Shown here one piece after another: positions 1 to 8,901 of a DNA stretch of 64,000 bases (within the stretch, counting starts at the first letter, position 1; every line of letters starts with the position of its first letter). The DNA comes from an uncultured Gammaproteobacteria bacterium (lineage in GTDB: Bacteria; Pseudomonadota; Gammaproteobacteria; Nitrococcales; Aquisalimonadaceae): positions 32,770 to 96,769 of the forward strand of contig CAVQFO010000020.1 in assembly GCA_963711725.1 (NCBI GenBank), in the 5' to 3' direction. Below the pieces are notes generated by a model. The model made no database searches. It saw nothing but the letters and a program-made list of their open reading frames with translations, and was not told where the DNA came from. A program made the translations under genes and the position numbers.

Positions 1-665
1 GTGGCGAGGCGTTCGTTCAGGGCGCGGCGGCCGGGCAGGCCGGTGAGTTCGTCGCGGTAGGCGAGTTGGTGGGCGTGCTGCAGCGTGGCGACGATCAGGG
101 GCAGCAGGCCGGCGGCGGCGAAAAGCGCGTTGGCGTGGGGACTGCCGCGGAGCATGAACAGCCATGCCGCAGCGGTGCCCAGCAGAGCGCCTTCCAACGG
201 GCCGGGGCGGGCGGCGGTGACGGCCGCGGTGAGGGCGGTTGCGGCAAGCACCAGGGTGGCGGCGCCTCGACCATGCCCGGCAAGCGCCGCGGCCCCGGGG
301 AGGCCGGGAACGCGATTCCATAGTGCCGATCCAACGCCGGGATGAACGGCCAGCCCCGCGAGGCCGAGGGCTTCGACAGCCAGAACGACCCAGAACCAGA
401 GGAAAGGCCGGCTGAACGGCGGCCGGACCGGGCTGATCGCCAGCAGCGCGATGTTCACGGCAACGGCGGCGGCCACGCCGGCGGTGAGATCGCCCGGAAG
501 GGTGCCCGTTTGGATCAGCCAGAACGCCGAGCCCAGGATCAGACCGGCGGCGCCGGGTTTGGAGCGGCCCGCCAGCAGGCCCACCACCACGGCGCCCGAC
601 GGCGGCGGCGTAAGGCAGGTACGTGAGGCATGCCAAAGGCCGCGGGACAATTCATCCCGCAGCAC
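1..665 (-). CDS. Membrane-anchored diguanylate cyclase, N-terminal part only (GGDEF domain continues past the left window edge)
   Basis: Absent from the ORF track because it runs off the edge. Manual minus-strand translation ending at nt 1 gives TM-rich sequence ending ...LLPLIVATLQHAHQLAYRDELTGLPGRRALNERLA, the conserved start of a GGDEF domain. There is no in-frame ATG; the only start candidate is GTG at 665. In-frame stop upstream at 837-839. Confidence 0.5.
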   Translation of the reverse strand, partial: MLRDELSRGLWHASRTCLTPPPSGAVVVGLLAGRSKPGAAGLILGSAFWLIQTGTLPGDLTAGVAAAVAVNIALLAISPVRPPFSRPFLWFWVVLAVEALGLAGLAVHPGVGSALWNRVPGLPGAAALAGHGRGAATLVLAATALTAAVTAARPGPLEGALLGTAAAWLFMLRGSPHANALFAAAGLLPLIVATLQHAHQLAYRDELTGLPGRRALNERLA

Positions 666-839
666 GGTCGCCAGGAGCAGGGCGATGGCAAGGGCCGCAG
701 CCGGAAAGGCCAGCGGCGGCGCCCAATCGTGTGAAGTAGGATCGCAAGTCGCTATGCTGTTGTTGTTGTGATGATCCCTGCTAACTTGCGCGGTTCCGAT
801 TCGGCGCGCAACCCCGAAAACGGCGGAAGGTGCGGTTCA

Positions 840-1491
840 ATGGCTGATTCCATCGAATGGCTTCGCGGTCAGATCCGCGAGTATCCGAAACTTCCCCGTG
901 GACGGCGTGGTATATGGCGACATCACGCCGCTGGTTCGCAATCCGAAAGCGTTGCGGGCGACGGTGCATGAAATGGTGCATCCCTTCGTCGGCGACCAGC
1001 TCACCGCCGTGGTGGGCATGGAGGCGCGGGGCTCCCTTCGGGCGGTTTTCCAGGCGGCCGTCTGCCGTGTTGCGCTTGCTTGACCTAGCCCGGCTAGGCC
1101 TGCGCAACCGCGCCTAGCAGCTAACCGTCTGGAAAACCGCTATAAGGGTCAAATAATGCGACGTACTACCCTAGCGGCCTGGGAGCTTGGGCTGGGTTTT
1201 GTGCCGCTACGAAAGCCCGGGAAACTGCCTTACGATGTGCACAGCATTTCCTACGACCCGGAATACGGTTCCGCGGGACTGGAACTGCACATCGATGCCT
1301 TGACCAGCGATGACCGTGTGCTGGTCGTGGATGACGTACTGGCCACGGGCGGAACGGCCGCCGCCAGCTGCGAGCTGATCGAAAAGGCCGGTGCCGTGGT
1401 CGCCGCCTGTTCGTTCGTGTTGGAATTGGACGCCTTGGGCGGTCGCAAGCGCCTTGATTCGTACCACGTGCATTCGCTGTTGCACTACTGA
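840..1491 (+). pseudogene. apt: Adenine phosphoribosyltransferase, disrupted by one frameshift and a roughly 140-nt insertion carrying an in-frame stop
   Basis: MADSIEWLRGQIREYP(K), then a +1 shift at the AAA run 888-890, then FPVDGVVYGDITPLVRNPKALRATVHEMVHPFVGDQLTAVVGMEARG. Foreign sequence follows, with TGA at 1081-1083. The gene resumes as AAWELGLGFVPLRKPGKLPY...VLVVDDVLATGGT (PRPP motif)...HSLLHY. The parts are collinear with E. coli Apt (..[31 protein letters not shown]..). Confidence 0.8.
1031..1170. repeat. Structured repeat (partial MITE-like element) inserted in apt
   Basis: Nested stems: gcggttttccag (1042-1053) pairs with ctggaaaaccgc (1129-1140); gttgcgc (1069-1075) with gcgcaac (1102-1108); cctagc (1084-1089) with gctagg (1093-1098). 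It contains four CTAG sites. It is collinear with the right half of the element at 47890-48155: identical 15-mer ggctcccttcgggcg, tctgcNgtgttgcgc (14/15), and aagggNca..aaTGCGACG..TAC terminus, with different but still complementary stem sequences. Confidence 0.55.
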
Positions 1492-1500
1492 GAAGAGAGC

Positions 1501-2382
1501 ATGTCCGAGGATTCCGAGGCCGTCGCGGCCTTTCCGCCGGTTCCCCTGCTGCCGTCCTGGCTGCAGCCGGCCCGTTTTGTGGAGGCCTGGCGGGCGATCG
1601 ATCGCGAAGCGGCCGAGGAACGGGCGACCCATCCCGGCGTGGATCGCCGCCCCATCGTGACGCTGCTGGTGGCCGCCGTCTGCCTGCTGGCCATCAACTA
1701 CCTGCGGCTGCAATCGAGCTTCCACGCCGCGTTGGATGATCTGTCGCGCTGGTTCGGGTGGGGGCACGGCGGGCTCTATGGCGAGCTCATGCGCGGGGGC
1801 TACGGCCCCTTGGCCAGTTACATCTGGTGGGGGATTTGGCACGTGGTGTTCTACGTGCTTGTGCCGGTGGCGGTGATCAAGCTGGTGTTTCGCGACCGGG
1901 TCGTGAACTACGGACTGCGGCTCGGGGATCTGCGGCAACACTATTTCGGCTACATCCTGCTGGCCACGCCCATCCTGTTCTTCGTGGTCCTGGCAAGTTT
2001 CCGTCAGGACTTTCTGAACGAGTATCCCTTCTACCGCCTGGCCTACCGGAGCTGGGCGGATCTCCTGGCCTGGGAGGCCATCTATCTGCTGCAGTTCGCT
2101 TGCCTGGAGTTCTTCTTCCGCGGGTTCCTGCTGTTTCCGCTGAAGCGGGCCTTCGGCGCCAATGCGGTGCTGGTCATGTGCCTACCGTATCTGATGATCC
2201 ACTTCCCCAAGCCCTGGCTGGAGGCGACCGGTGCCATCCTCTTCGGCCTGTTTCTGGGCGTGCTGGCGCTGCGCAACCGGTCCATCTGGGGCGGCGTGGC
2301 GGTGCACGTCAGCGTGGCCGCGAGCATGGATATCGCGGCGCTGATACAAGGCCCCGGCCTGCCGCATCACTGGCTGCCCTGA
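1501..2382 (+). CDS. CPBP family intramembrane glutamic endopeptidase (CAAX protease/Abi-like)
   Basis: 293-aa polytopic membrane ORF with an EExxxR-type motif (CLEFFFRGFLLFP) and downstream conserved His motifs (LMIHFPKP, GVAVHVS). Confidence 0.75.
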   Translation: MSEDSEAVAAFPPVPLLPSWLQPARFVEAWRAIDREAAEERATHPGVDRRPIVTLLVAAVCLLAINYLRLQSSFHAALDDLSRWFGWGHGGLYGELMRGGYGPLASYIWWGIWHVVFYVLVPVAVIKLVFRDRVVNYGLRLGDLRQHYFGYILLATPILFFVVLASFRQDFLNEYPFYRLAYRSWADLLAWEAIYLLQFACLEFFFRGFLLFPLKRAFGANAVLVMCLPYLMIHFPKPWLEATGAILFGLFLGVLALRNRSIWGGVAVHVSVAASMDIAALIQGPGLPHHWLP

Positions 2383-2385
2383 ACC

Positions 2386-2943
2386 ATGCCCGACCATCAG
2401 ACCAATGTGACCCTGATCGGCATGCCCGGTGCGGGCAAGACCACCGTGGGCCAAGCGTTGGCCGGGTTGCTGGGTTGGCATTTCCTGGACACCGACCATC
2501 TGATGGAGTCGGAGCAGAATCGGCCGCTGCGCGACATCATGGAGTCCGAAGGCCTGGAAGGGTTTCGCCGGCTGGAAAACGATCTTGTGGCCGGCCTCCG
2601 GTGTACCCATACCGTGATCGCCACCGGCGGATCGGTGGTCTACGGCGAGCAAGCCATGTCGCGGCTGCGAGAGCTGGGCCCGGTGTTCTACCTGGAAGCG
2701 CCGCTGGCGGTGCTGGCCGAGCGGGTGACGGACATTCCCGGGCGGGGCATGGTCATCCGCCCGGATCAGAGCTTCGCCCATTTGTTCGAGGAGCGCTGCC
2801 CGCTGTATCGGCGGTTCGCGAACCGCGTGGTCGAAATCGCCGGTAAAACACCGCGCCAGATCGCCGGGGAGATCGAGCGCATGCTTCAGGAAGAGTGGCT
2901 TCGAGCCGAGCCCCGGGGAGGTCGCCGGGATGGGAGTGATTAA
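2386..2943 (+). CDS. aroK: Shikimate kinase
   Basis: 185 aa. Walker A IGMPGAGKTTVG, followed by FLDTD and ATGGG/S-type motifs typical of shikimate kinase. Confidence 0.8.
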   Translation: MPDHQTNVTLIGMPGAGKTTVGQALAGLLGWHFLDTDHLMESEQNRPLRDIMESEGLEGFRRLENDLVAGLRCTHTVIATGGSVVYGEQAMSRLRELGPVFYLEAPLAVLAERVTDIPGRGMVIRPDQSFAHLFEERCPLYRRFANRVVEIAGKTPRQIAGEIERMLQEEWLRAEPRGGRRDGSD

Positions 2944-3787
2944 GCCGGTCCTGCTGGTGCACGGCGGCGCGGGCCAGATTGCCGGAGAGCGCATCGACGC
3001 CTGTCAGGCGGGCTGCCGTGAGGCCGCCCGTATCGGGTGGAAAATGCTGTGCGACGGAGCCAGCGCCCTGGATGCCGTGGCCGCGTCCGTGGAAGCCCTG
3101 GAGAACAATCCGGAATTCAACGCCGGCTACGGCGCCGTGCTCAACCGCCTGGGCGAGGCCCAACTGGACGCTTCCCTGATGGACGGCGAGACACTGGCCG
3201 CCGGCGCCGTGGCCAATGTGCGCCGAGTCCGCAATCCCATTTTGCTGGCCCGCCGTGTGTTGGAGGAAAGCCGGCACGTGATGCTGGTGGGCGAGGGTGC
3301 GGAAAGCTTCGCCGAGTTGGCGGGCATGCCGATGTGCAGCCCCGCCGATCTGATTGCGGAACGCCAGTCCCGGCGCTGGAACGCCGCCCACGGCACGGTT
3401 GGCTGCGTGGCCCTGGATAGCCACGGCCATCTCGCAGCGGGCACCTCGACCGGCGGCCAGTTCGATGCCTTCCCGGGGCGCGTGGGGGATTCCGCCCTGA
3501 TCGGCAGCGGCACGTACGCCAACGCCAGCGCGGCCGTGTCATGCACCGGCCTGGGCGAGTCCATCATCCGCTGCGCGTTGGCCCACGAGGCTTGTTCACT
3601 CGCCACGCGAGGCGACGAACCGGAGAAGGTGGCGAAACGATGCGTGGCGGGCCTGGAGGCGCGCATCGGCGGTGACGCGGGATTGATCATGGTGGACCGG
3701 TTCGGCCGCTACGGCGTGGCCCGGAATACGGCCCATATGCCGGTGTGTGCCGTGGACGGTTTCGGCAAGGAAACCATGTTCGTTTGA
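2930..3787 (+). CDS. iaaA: Isoaspartyl peptidase / L-asparaginase (Ntn hydrolase)
   Basis: 285 aa. HGGAG, NPEFNAGYG, the autoprocessing site HGTVGCVA and GTSTGG motifs. Confidence 0.85.
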   Translation: MGVIKPVLLVHGGAGQIAGERIDACQAGCREAARIGWKMLCDGASALDAVAASVEALENNPEFNAGYGAVLNRLGEAQLDASLMDGETLAAGAVANVRRVRNPILLARRVLEESRHVMLVGEGAESFAELAGMPMCSPADLIAERQSRRWNAAHGTVGCVALDSHGHLAAGTSTGGQFDAFPGRVGDSALIGSGTYANASAAVSCTGLGESIIRCALAHEACSLATRGDEPEKVAKRCVAGLEARIGGDAGLIMVDRFGRYGVARNTAHMPVCAVDGFGKETMFV

Positions 3788-3847
3788 CCGGAGGCGAGGG
3801 CGGGTCGTTGCTGCCCGCCAATAAAGGGGCGGCACCGATGGCCCGCC

Positions 3848-5281
3848 TTAATGACTCCCGGCATGGGCCGGTCGTTCAGAGCGCGTTGAAAGATCAGCAC
3901 CCGGCTGTTGCGTTCATCGGTAACGAACAATTGGGTGCCTTTTGCGTAGACGCCTGTTGGACTGTAAAGGGTTCTCGCGGTCGGGTCGGAATCCACGATG
4001 CCGTCCTGGTTGTCGTCGTTCTTGGTATTGTGGACAAAGTCGCCTTGGCCGATTACGACGTCGGCCGGCGCGCCGTTGCCGGTCGGGAGCTGGTTGTAGA
4101 TCAGCACCCGGTTGTCGAGTAGTCGGCAACAAACAGTTGGCCGTTCAGAACAAATGCGGAAATGGGATAGTTTAGGCTGGAGGCCGTCGGGGAAGCGGCC
4201 GCAGAGTTGCTGGCAAAATCGCTTTGGCCGAGAACGATGTCTGCCGGCTGGAAATTGCCGGTGGGCATGCTGTTCCAGATCAACACTCTGTTGTTGCCGG
4301 AGTCCGCAACGATCAGCCTCGTGCCATCGCTCCACACCCCCCTGGGGTGGTTCAGTGTCCGAGCCGTCGGTGCGCCGTCGTCGGTCCCATTCTGGTCATC
4401 GTCGTTTCGAGTGGCGTGGTTGAAATCATTTTGGCCCAACACAATGCTGGCCGGCGGATTGTCCGCGGCGGGGGTGCCGTTGTAGATCAGCACGCGGTTA
4501 TTGTCCGCATCCACCACGATAATCTGGCTGCTGGTAATGGCGGCGCTGCTCGGATGATTTAATCCCGTTCTTGATGTGGCACAGGTGTTGGTGGTGGCAT
4601 CCGTTTGGCCGATAACCAGTTGGGTCGACGTTGCCGTGTCGCTATAGACAACGCGGCAGTTGCCGTAGTCGACCCCCAGGATTCTCTCCTCCATCAATCG
4701 CCAGATCTACGGGCGCGGACGCGCTTCCCATAGTGATGCCACCGGTATTGACCGTGGTGGTTGTGAAGTCCGGTTGGCCGAAGGCCGTGTTGCGGCCGGA
4801 TTGTTGGTATCGGGGATGCCGTTGAACACCAAGATCCGATTGTTGTTGGTGTCGGCAATGTAGAGGAGTCCATCCGGCGTCACGATAGCCCGGCCAAATG
4901 GATAGGAAAGCGTGTTCGCGTCGGCGCCGCCGCCTTGGTTCGACAGGCCGCTGGTGAAATAGGATTGGCCGATGACCACGTTGGCCGACTGGAAGTTGTT
5001 GAACTGCAGGTAGCTGACCGATCCCGAGCCGCCGCTGCTGGTCGAGCTGCTGCTCGTGGAGCTACTGCTGGTGCTACTACTGCTGGTGGAACGCTGCTGG
5101 TGGAGCTGCTGCTGGAACTGCTACTGCTACTGCCGGTGGACCCGCCACCGCTGCTACTGCTGGAAGTGCTGCCGTCGGTGGAGCCGCTGCTGCTGGAGCC
5201 GCCGCCCCCTCCGCCGCCGCAGCCCGATAGTCCCACGGCCAAGGAGAGCGTAACGGCTAAAAACATCGTGCTGCGAATCAT
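3848..5281 (-). pseudogene. NHL-repeat lipoprotein with a Gly/Ser-rich linker, broken by about 5 single-nt frameshifts (possibly assembly errors)
   Basis: Starts at ATG 5281: MIRSTMFLAVTLSLAVGLSGC (lipobox), then a poly-G/S/T linker. Repeated NHL units follow (..ADxxNNRVLIYNG.., VIGQxDF) across four track ORFs (4880-5422, 4707-4979, 4101-4697, 3709-4335). Frame changes lie near 5092, 4790, 4690, 4120 and 3880. TAA at 3848-3850 followed by a hairpin and T-tract is the likely true end; as written, the last frame runs to 3709, into iaaA. Confidence 0.65.
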
Positions 5282-5508
5282 GAGAGATCTTCCGTGTTGA
5301 GGATTGGTGTGCGAAGCGGAAAGCCGCGGACCCTGCCGAGGTCCGAGTTCGTTTCGGCTAGTCGCGGCATTGTCGTGGGGAGCTCGGAAGTAAACATCCC
5401 CAGGTCTTGGGACTGAGCGCATCTCCCCAGCTTCTTGCTATATTTTCAGTTTCCGACTGCGGTTACGCGCGCCGTGGCGACAACAAGAATCCACAAGGAG
5501 GCGGGGCG

Positions 5509-6611
5509 GTGGGGTATATCACCCGCGGGATAAAGAAGGCCGAGGCCGGGATTCAGCAACTATGCTGCCTGGGGCTGGATAGCGAGACGCTGATTCCCGC
5601 CGTTTTGGCGGAGTTGCATCACTACGTCCCTTCGTATGCCAACATCTTCTTCTGGTGCAACGACGATGCCGAGTTCGTCAATATGTATGACGAGCGTCCC
5701 GACGCCTCCGAGTTGCTGCCGCTCTATTTCAGCGAGTTCTACAACCGGGACGAGTTGAATGTCGTCGTGGGCTGGAAGCAGTTTGTCCGCAAGAGCATCC
5801 AGGCGATGGATTTCGATGCCCTCTTGACGGTACGCCGGCGGAATTTTCTGGGGCACGCGTTCTACAACGAGTTCCTGCGCAAGCTGAAGTTCTTCTGGGG
5901 CCTGCATATGGTGGTGTGCGAAGGCGACCGGCGGCCGGGTGCCTTGGTGATGCACCGGGGTCAGGACGACAAGCCGTTTTCCCAGGACGAAGTCCGGCGC
6001 CTGAACCGGATATCGTCATTCCTCGCGCACGCGGCGCAGGCCTCCGGGGAGAAGCGCTATTCCTGGGTGGATAGTGAAGATCGGGGCATGATCATCGCGA
6101 CGGTGGACGGGAAGGTGGAGTGGCTTTCCCAGCGAGCCCGGCAGTTGCTGTTCCTGGCACGCAACAAGCGGTGGCCGGAGATAGCCTGAGATCGTGGGAC
6201 GGTTCGCTGTTGCCGGGGCCGGTGCGGCGGATTTGCGAACGTTTGGGGCGTATCGACGCTGATGAAGGCGCCGATCAGCCGCCAGTGTGGTACACACGCA
6301 ATCCGTGGGGGCGGTTCTGTTTTCGGGCGCACTGGCTGGAGCCGGGCCTGCAGGGGGACGGGCGGGTCAGCATCACGATCGATCATCAGGAGCCACTCCC
6401 CCTTCGACTATTCAGGAAGATCAGGAATCTGCCGCTGACAGGCCGGGAGGTTCAAGTCGGGATGATGATGTCGCAGGGCGCGTCATATGGGGAAATCGCA
6501 AGCGCGCTGGGCATTTCCGAGCATACTGCCATAACCCACAGTCGGAAAATCTATCAAAAGGCCGACGTGCACAATCGCACGGAACTGGTATCCAAATTGC
6601 TGTGGCAATAG
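5509..6611 (+). pseudogene. LuxR/GerE-family transcriptional regulator with a large unknown N-terminal domain; one frameshift near 6165-6180
   Basis: GTG 5509 lies 7 nt after AAGGAGG (5495-5501). The C-terminus LTGREVQVGMMMSQGASYGEIASALGISEHTAITHSRKIYQKADVHNRTELV is a GerE-type HTH. Track ORFs 5407-6189 and 6120-6611 join into one protein with a 1-nt shift. Confidence 0.7.
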
Positions 6612-6617
6612 GAAGCG

Positions 6618-7337
6618 CTATCGCGGCCCCGCCGCGGAAGCAAAGACCCAGCGTTCACCATAGGAAGGCACCGTGACGATCCGGTCCTCGACCCCCTCGA
6701 AGTGGTGCCCCAGCCGCCGCCTGATCTCCGCCCGCAGTTCAGGCTGGTGTTCGCTGCAGCACTGCATGCTGAACACGCCGTCGTTGCGCAGATGTCGAGC
6801 CACCTTGCCGAAGATCTCCTCCATGAATTCGCTTCGGGATTGATCCTCGCGCACCGGGTCCATGGTCAGATCGTAGATGATGGCGTCGTAGCGCCGGGGG
6901 TTGTCCAGGTAGGCGAAAGCGTCGCCGATAATCAGGTCCGCTTCATCGCGTTCGAACACATCGGCGCACAGGGCCGGCAGGTATTCCCGGGACAGCTCGA
7001 CCACCTTTTCGTCGATGTCCACCATGGTGGCGTGGGCGGCGCCTTCCTCCACCACGGTTTTCAGCACGCCGCCATCGCCCCCGCCCAGGATCAACACCTC
7101 ACCCAGGCTATCGGCCTCCACCAGGGGGCGCACCATGGCCTCGTTGTAGCTGTGGTCGCTCTCGGCGATCTGCAGGTCTTCGTCCAGGTACAGGATGCGC
7201 CCGTAGTCCGGGTCTTCGGCGATGACGATGTGCTGGTATTCCGAGTAGGTGTCTTTCAGCACCTCTTGGCCCTTGGCCTCGTATTCGGGCAGGGCTGTGG
7301 TGGCTTCTGCCGACACGGCGTGTCCCCCCTGATTCAA
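6618..7337 (-). CDS. Spermidine synthase-like polyamine aminopropyltransferase / SAM-dependent methyltransferase fold
   Basis: 239 aa. ..VLILGGGDGGVLKTV..MVDIDEKVVELSREYLP..GDAFAYL.. matches the spermidine synthase family signature. Confidence 0.7.
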   Translation of the reverse strand: MNQGGHAVSAEATTALPEYEAKGQEVLKDTYSEYQHIVIAEDPDYGRILYLDEDLQIAESDHSYNEAMVRPLVEADSLGEVLILGGGDGGVLKTVVEEGAAHATMVDIDEKVVELSREYLPALCADVFERDEADLIIGDAFAYLDNPRRYDAIIYDLTMDPVREDQSRSEFMEEIFGKVARHLRNDGVFSMQCCSEHQPELRAEIRRRLGHHFEGVEDRIVTVPSYGERWVFASAAGPR

Positions 7338-7404
7338 GATCGAAGGCCCACACTAGGTGTGCGGAAAACGGGCATGTTAACAAATCGTTGTTGGGGTCGA
7401 TTGG

Positions 7405-7509
7405 CCCCCCTCTCCCTGGCCCTCTCCCGCCAAGGGGAGAGGGGACTCTTCGGCCAGACTTTGGCAAAAGTAGCCTTCTTGCCCCCCTCGCCCCTGGCGG
7501 GAGAGGGGG
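7405..7509. repeat. REP-like hairpin repeats, family E (CCCTCTCCC...GGGAGAGGG)
   Basis: cctctcccgccaaggggagagg hairpin (7421-7443) and cccccctcgcccctggcgggagaggggg (7482-7509). The same motif family recurs at 21877-21987 and directly after the IS element (8738-8753). Confidence 0.7.
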
Positions 7510-7513
7510 TGGA

Positions 7514-8737
7514 TGGGTTACACAAATGACGGTATGGGCAAGGAGGATATGCCCATGACTAGGAAAGAGATTTGAAAATTGGATCTGAAGATGCAGTTGA
7601 TTGAGGAGTGGCTGAGGGGAGAGAGAGGTGTGAGAGAGCTGTCTAGAGGTTATGGGCTCTCTCGCAAGAGAGTCTACAAGTGGATTGGTCGGTATCAGGA
7701 GGAAGGCGATGGCGGGCTGCAGGAGAGACTCCGAGACTCGCACCATTGCGAGCATGCGGTGGCCACGGAGGTGGTAGAGCAGATTGTGGCGACGAAGAGG
7801 GCTCATCTCAGCTTCGGTCCCAAGAAGGTGATGGACTACTGCGCACGAGGCAGCCGCAGGTGAGCTGGCAGGCAGACATCACGGTCTGGGAGATACTCAA
7901 GGCAGTGGGTCTGGTCGAGAAGAGGCGACACAAGAGGCCTTACGAGCCAGACGAGCAACGCTTTGAGCTGGGAGATCGCAACAATGAAATGTGGAGTGTG
8001 GACTACAAGGGGCAGTACGAGGGAAAAGGCTGGTGCTGGTGTTATCGGCTGACGCTGACGGACAACGACAGTCGTTACCTGCTGGGCTGTCATGGGGTGA
8101 GTGAGACAGACTATGAGCAGGAGAAGAGAGTTTAGGAATGGGTGTTTCGTGAGCAAGGTCTGACGCAGGGGATTTAGTCGGATAACGGCTAGAGGTTTGA
8201 CAGAGGTAAGGAAGGGGGGCTGACGAGGTAGTAGAAATGGTGGATAGAGATGGGTATAAGGGTACACGGCACAAAACGGGCTATGAGTACGGAGAACGAC
8301 AGACATGAGAGGATGCACGGCTCACTGAATCGCGTCATTGGTCGGCGGATGCGCGGGGGGAGCTTGGTGCAGCAACAGCTCGGCTTACAAGCGTTCCGTG
8401 AGGAGAACAACGCACAGCGCAGTCAAGAAGCACAGAGAAGGCGAACAAAGGCAAGCGTCTATCAGCCCTCACAGCGTGCGAACTCGCCGGTGTTGCGGCC
8501 GATTGAATACCAGGTGGATCAGTCGGTGCGCAACGTACGCGACAACGGCGAGATCAAGTGGAGAGGACAACTGATCTACCTCAGTGAGCTGTTAGAGAAG
8601 CACGGCGTGGGCTTGCGCGAAGTTGAGCATGACCGTGTGGAATCCGATACAGCTTGCATCTGCTAGGTCACATCAACGTTAAAACCGCACGACTGGAGCA
8701 CGCATGCCACTGGCATGCGGTGGAGAGGTGTAACCCA
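7514..8737 (+). mobile_element. Decayed IS481-family insertion sequence
   Basis: 10-bp terminal inverted repeats tgggttacac (7514-7523) and gtgtaaccca (8728-8737). The interior is visibly lower in GC than the flanks and carries a fragmented DDE transposase. Both flanks are family-E REP sequence (gagaggggg). Confidence 0.7.
7579..8666 (+). pseudogene. IS481-family transposase (integrase core), with multiple frameshifts and stops
   Basis: The pieces are collinear with IS481-type transposases. HTH part: MDLKMQLIEEWLRGERGVRELSRGYGLSRKRVYKWIGRYQEEGDGGLQERLRDSHH. Core: MWSVDYKGQYEGKGWCWCYRLTLTDNDSRYLLGC. C-terminal part: NDRHERMHGSL..FREENNAQRS..IEYQVDQSVRNVRDNGEIKWRGQLIYLSELL. They lie in three frames. 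Confidence 0.75.
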
Positions 8738-8901
8738 GGAGAGGGGGATAAACAAAAATAAAAATTGGCAACGTCCGCACATTCCCCGTGCGCAACACCC
8801 CTCTAATCCGCTACAATCCCGCACGTTCTTTCGGGTATTTTCGCTGCCGTCTTGGCGGCCCGCCGGTGCCAGCGCGCGCCGGCCTTTCTTGGGGGAAGTC
8901 C

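Noticed and set aside
8715-8901. The N-terminal 60-130 residues of track ORFs 8715-10913 and 8788-9327 as part of the hyfB-like protein
   Set aside because: These stretches begin inside or right after the IS element, are Arg/Pro-rich with no TM helices, and precede a plausible TTG start with an RBS at 8902.
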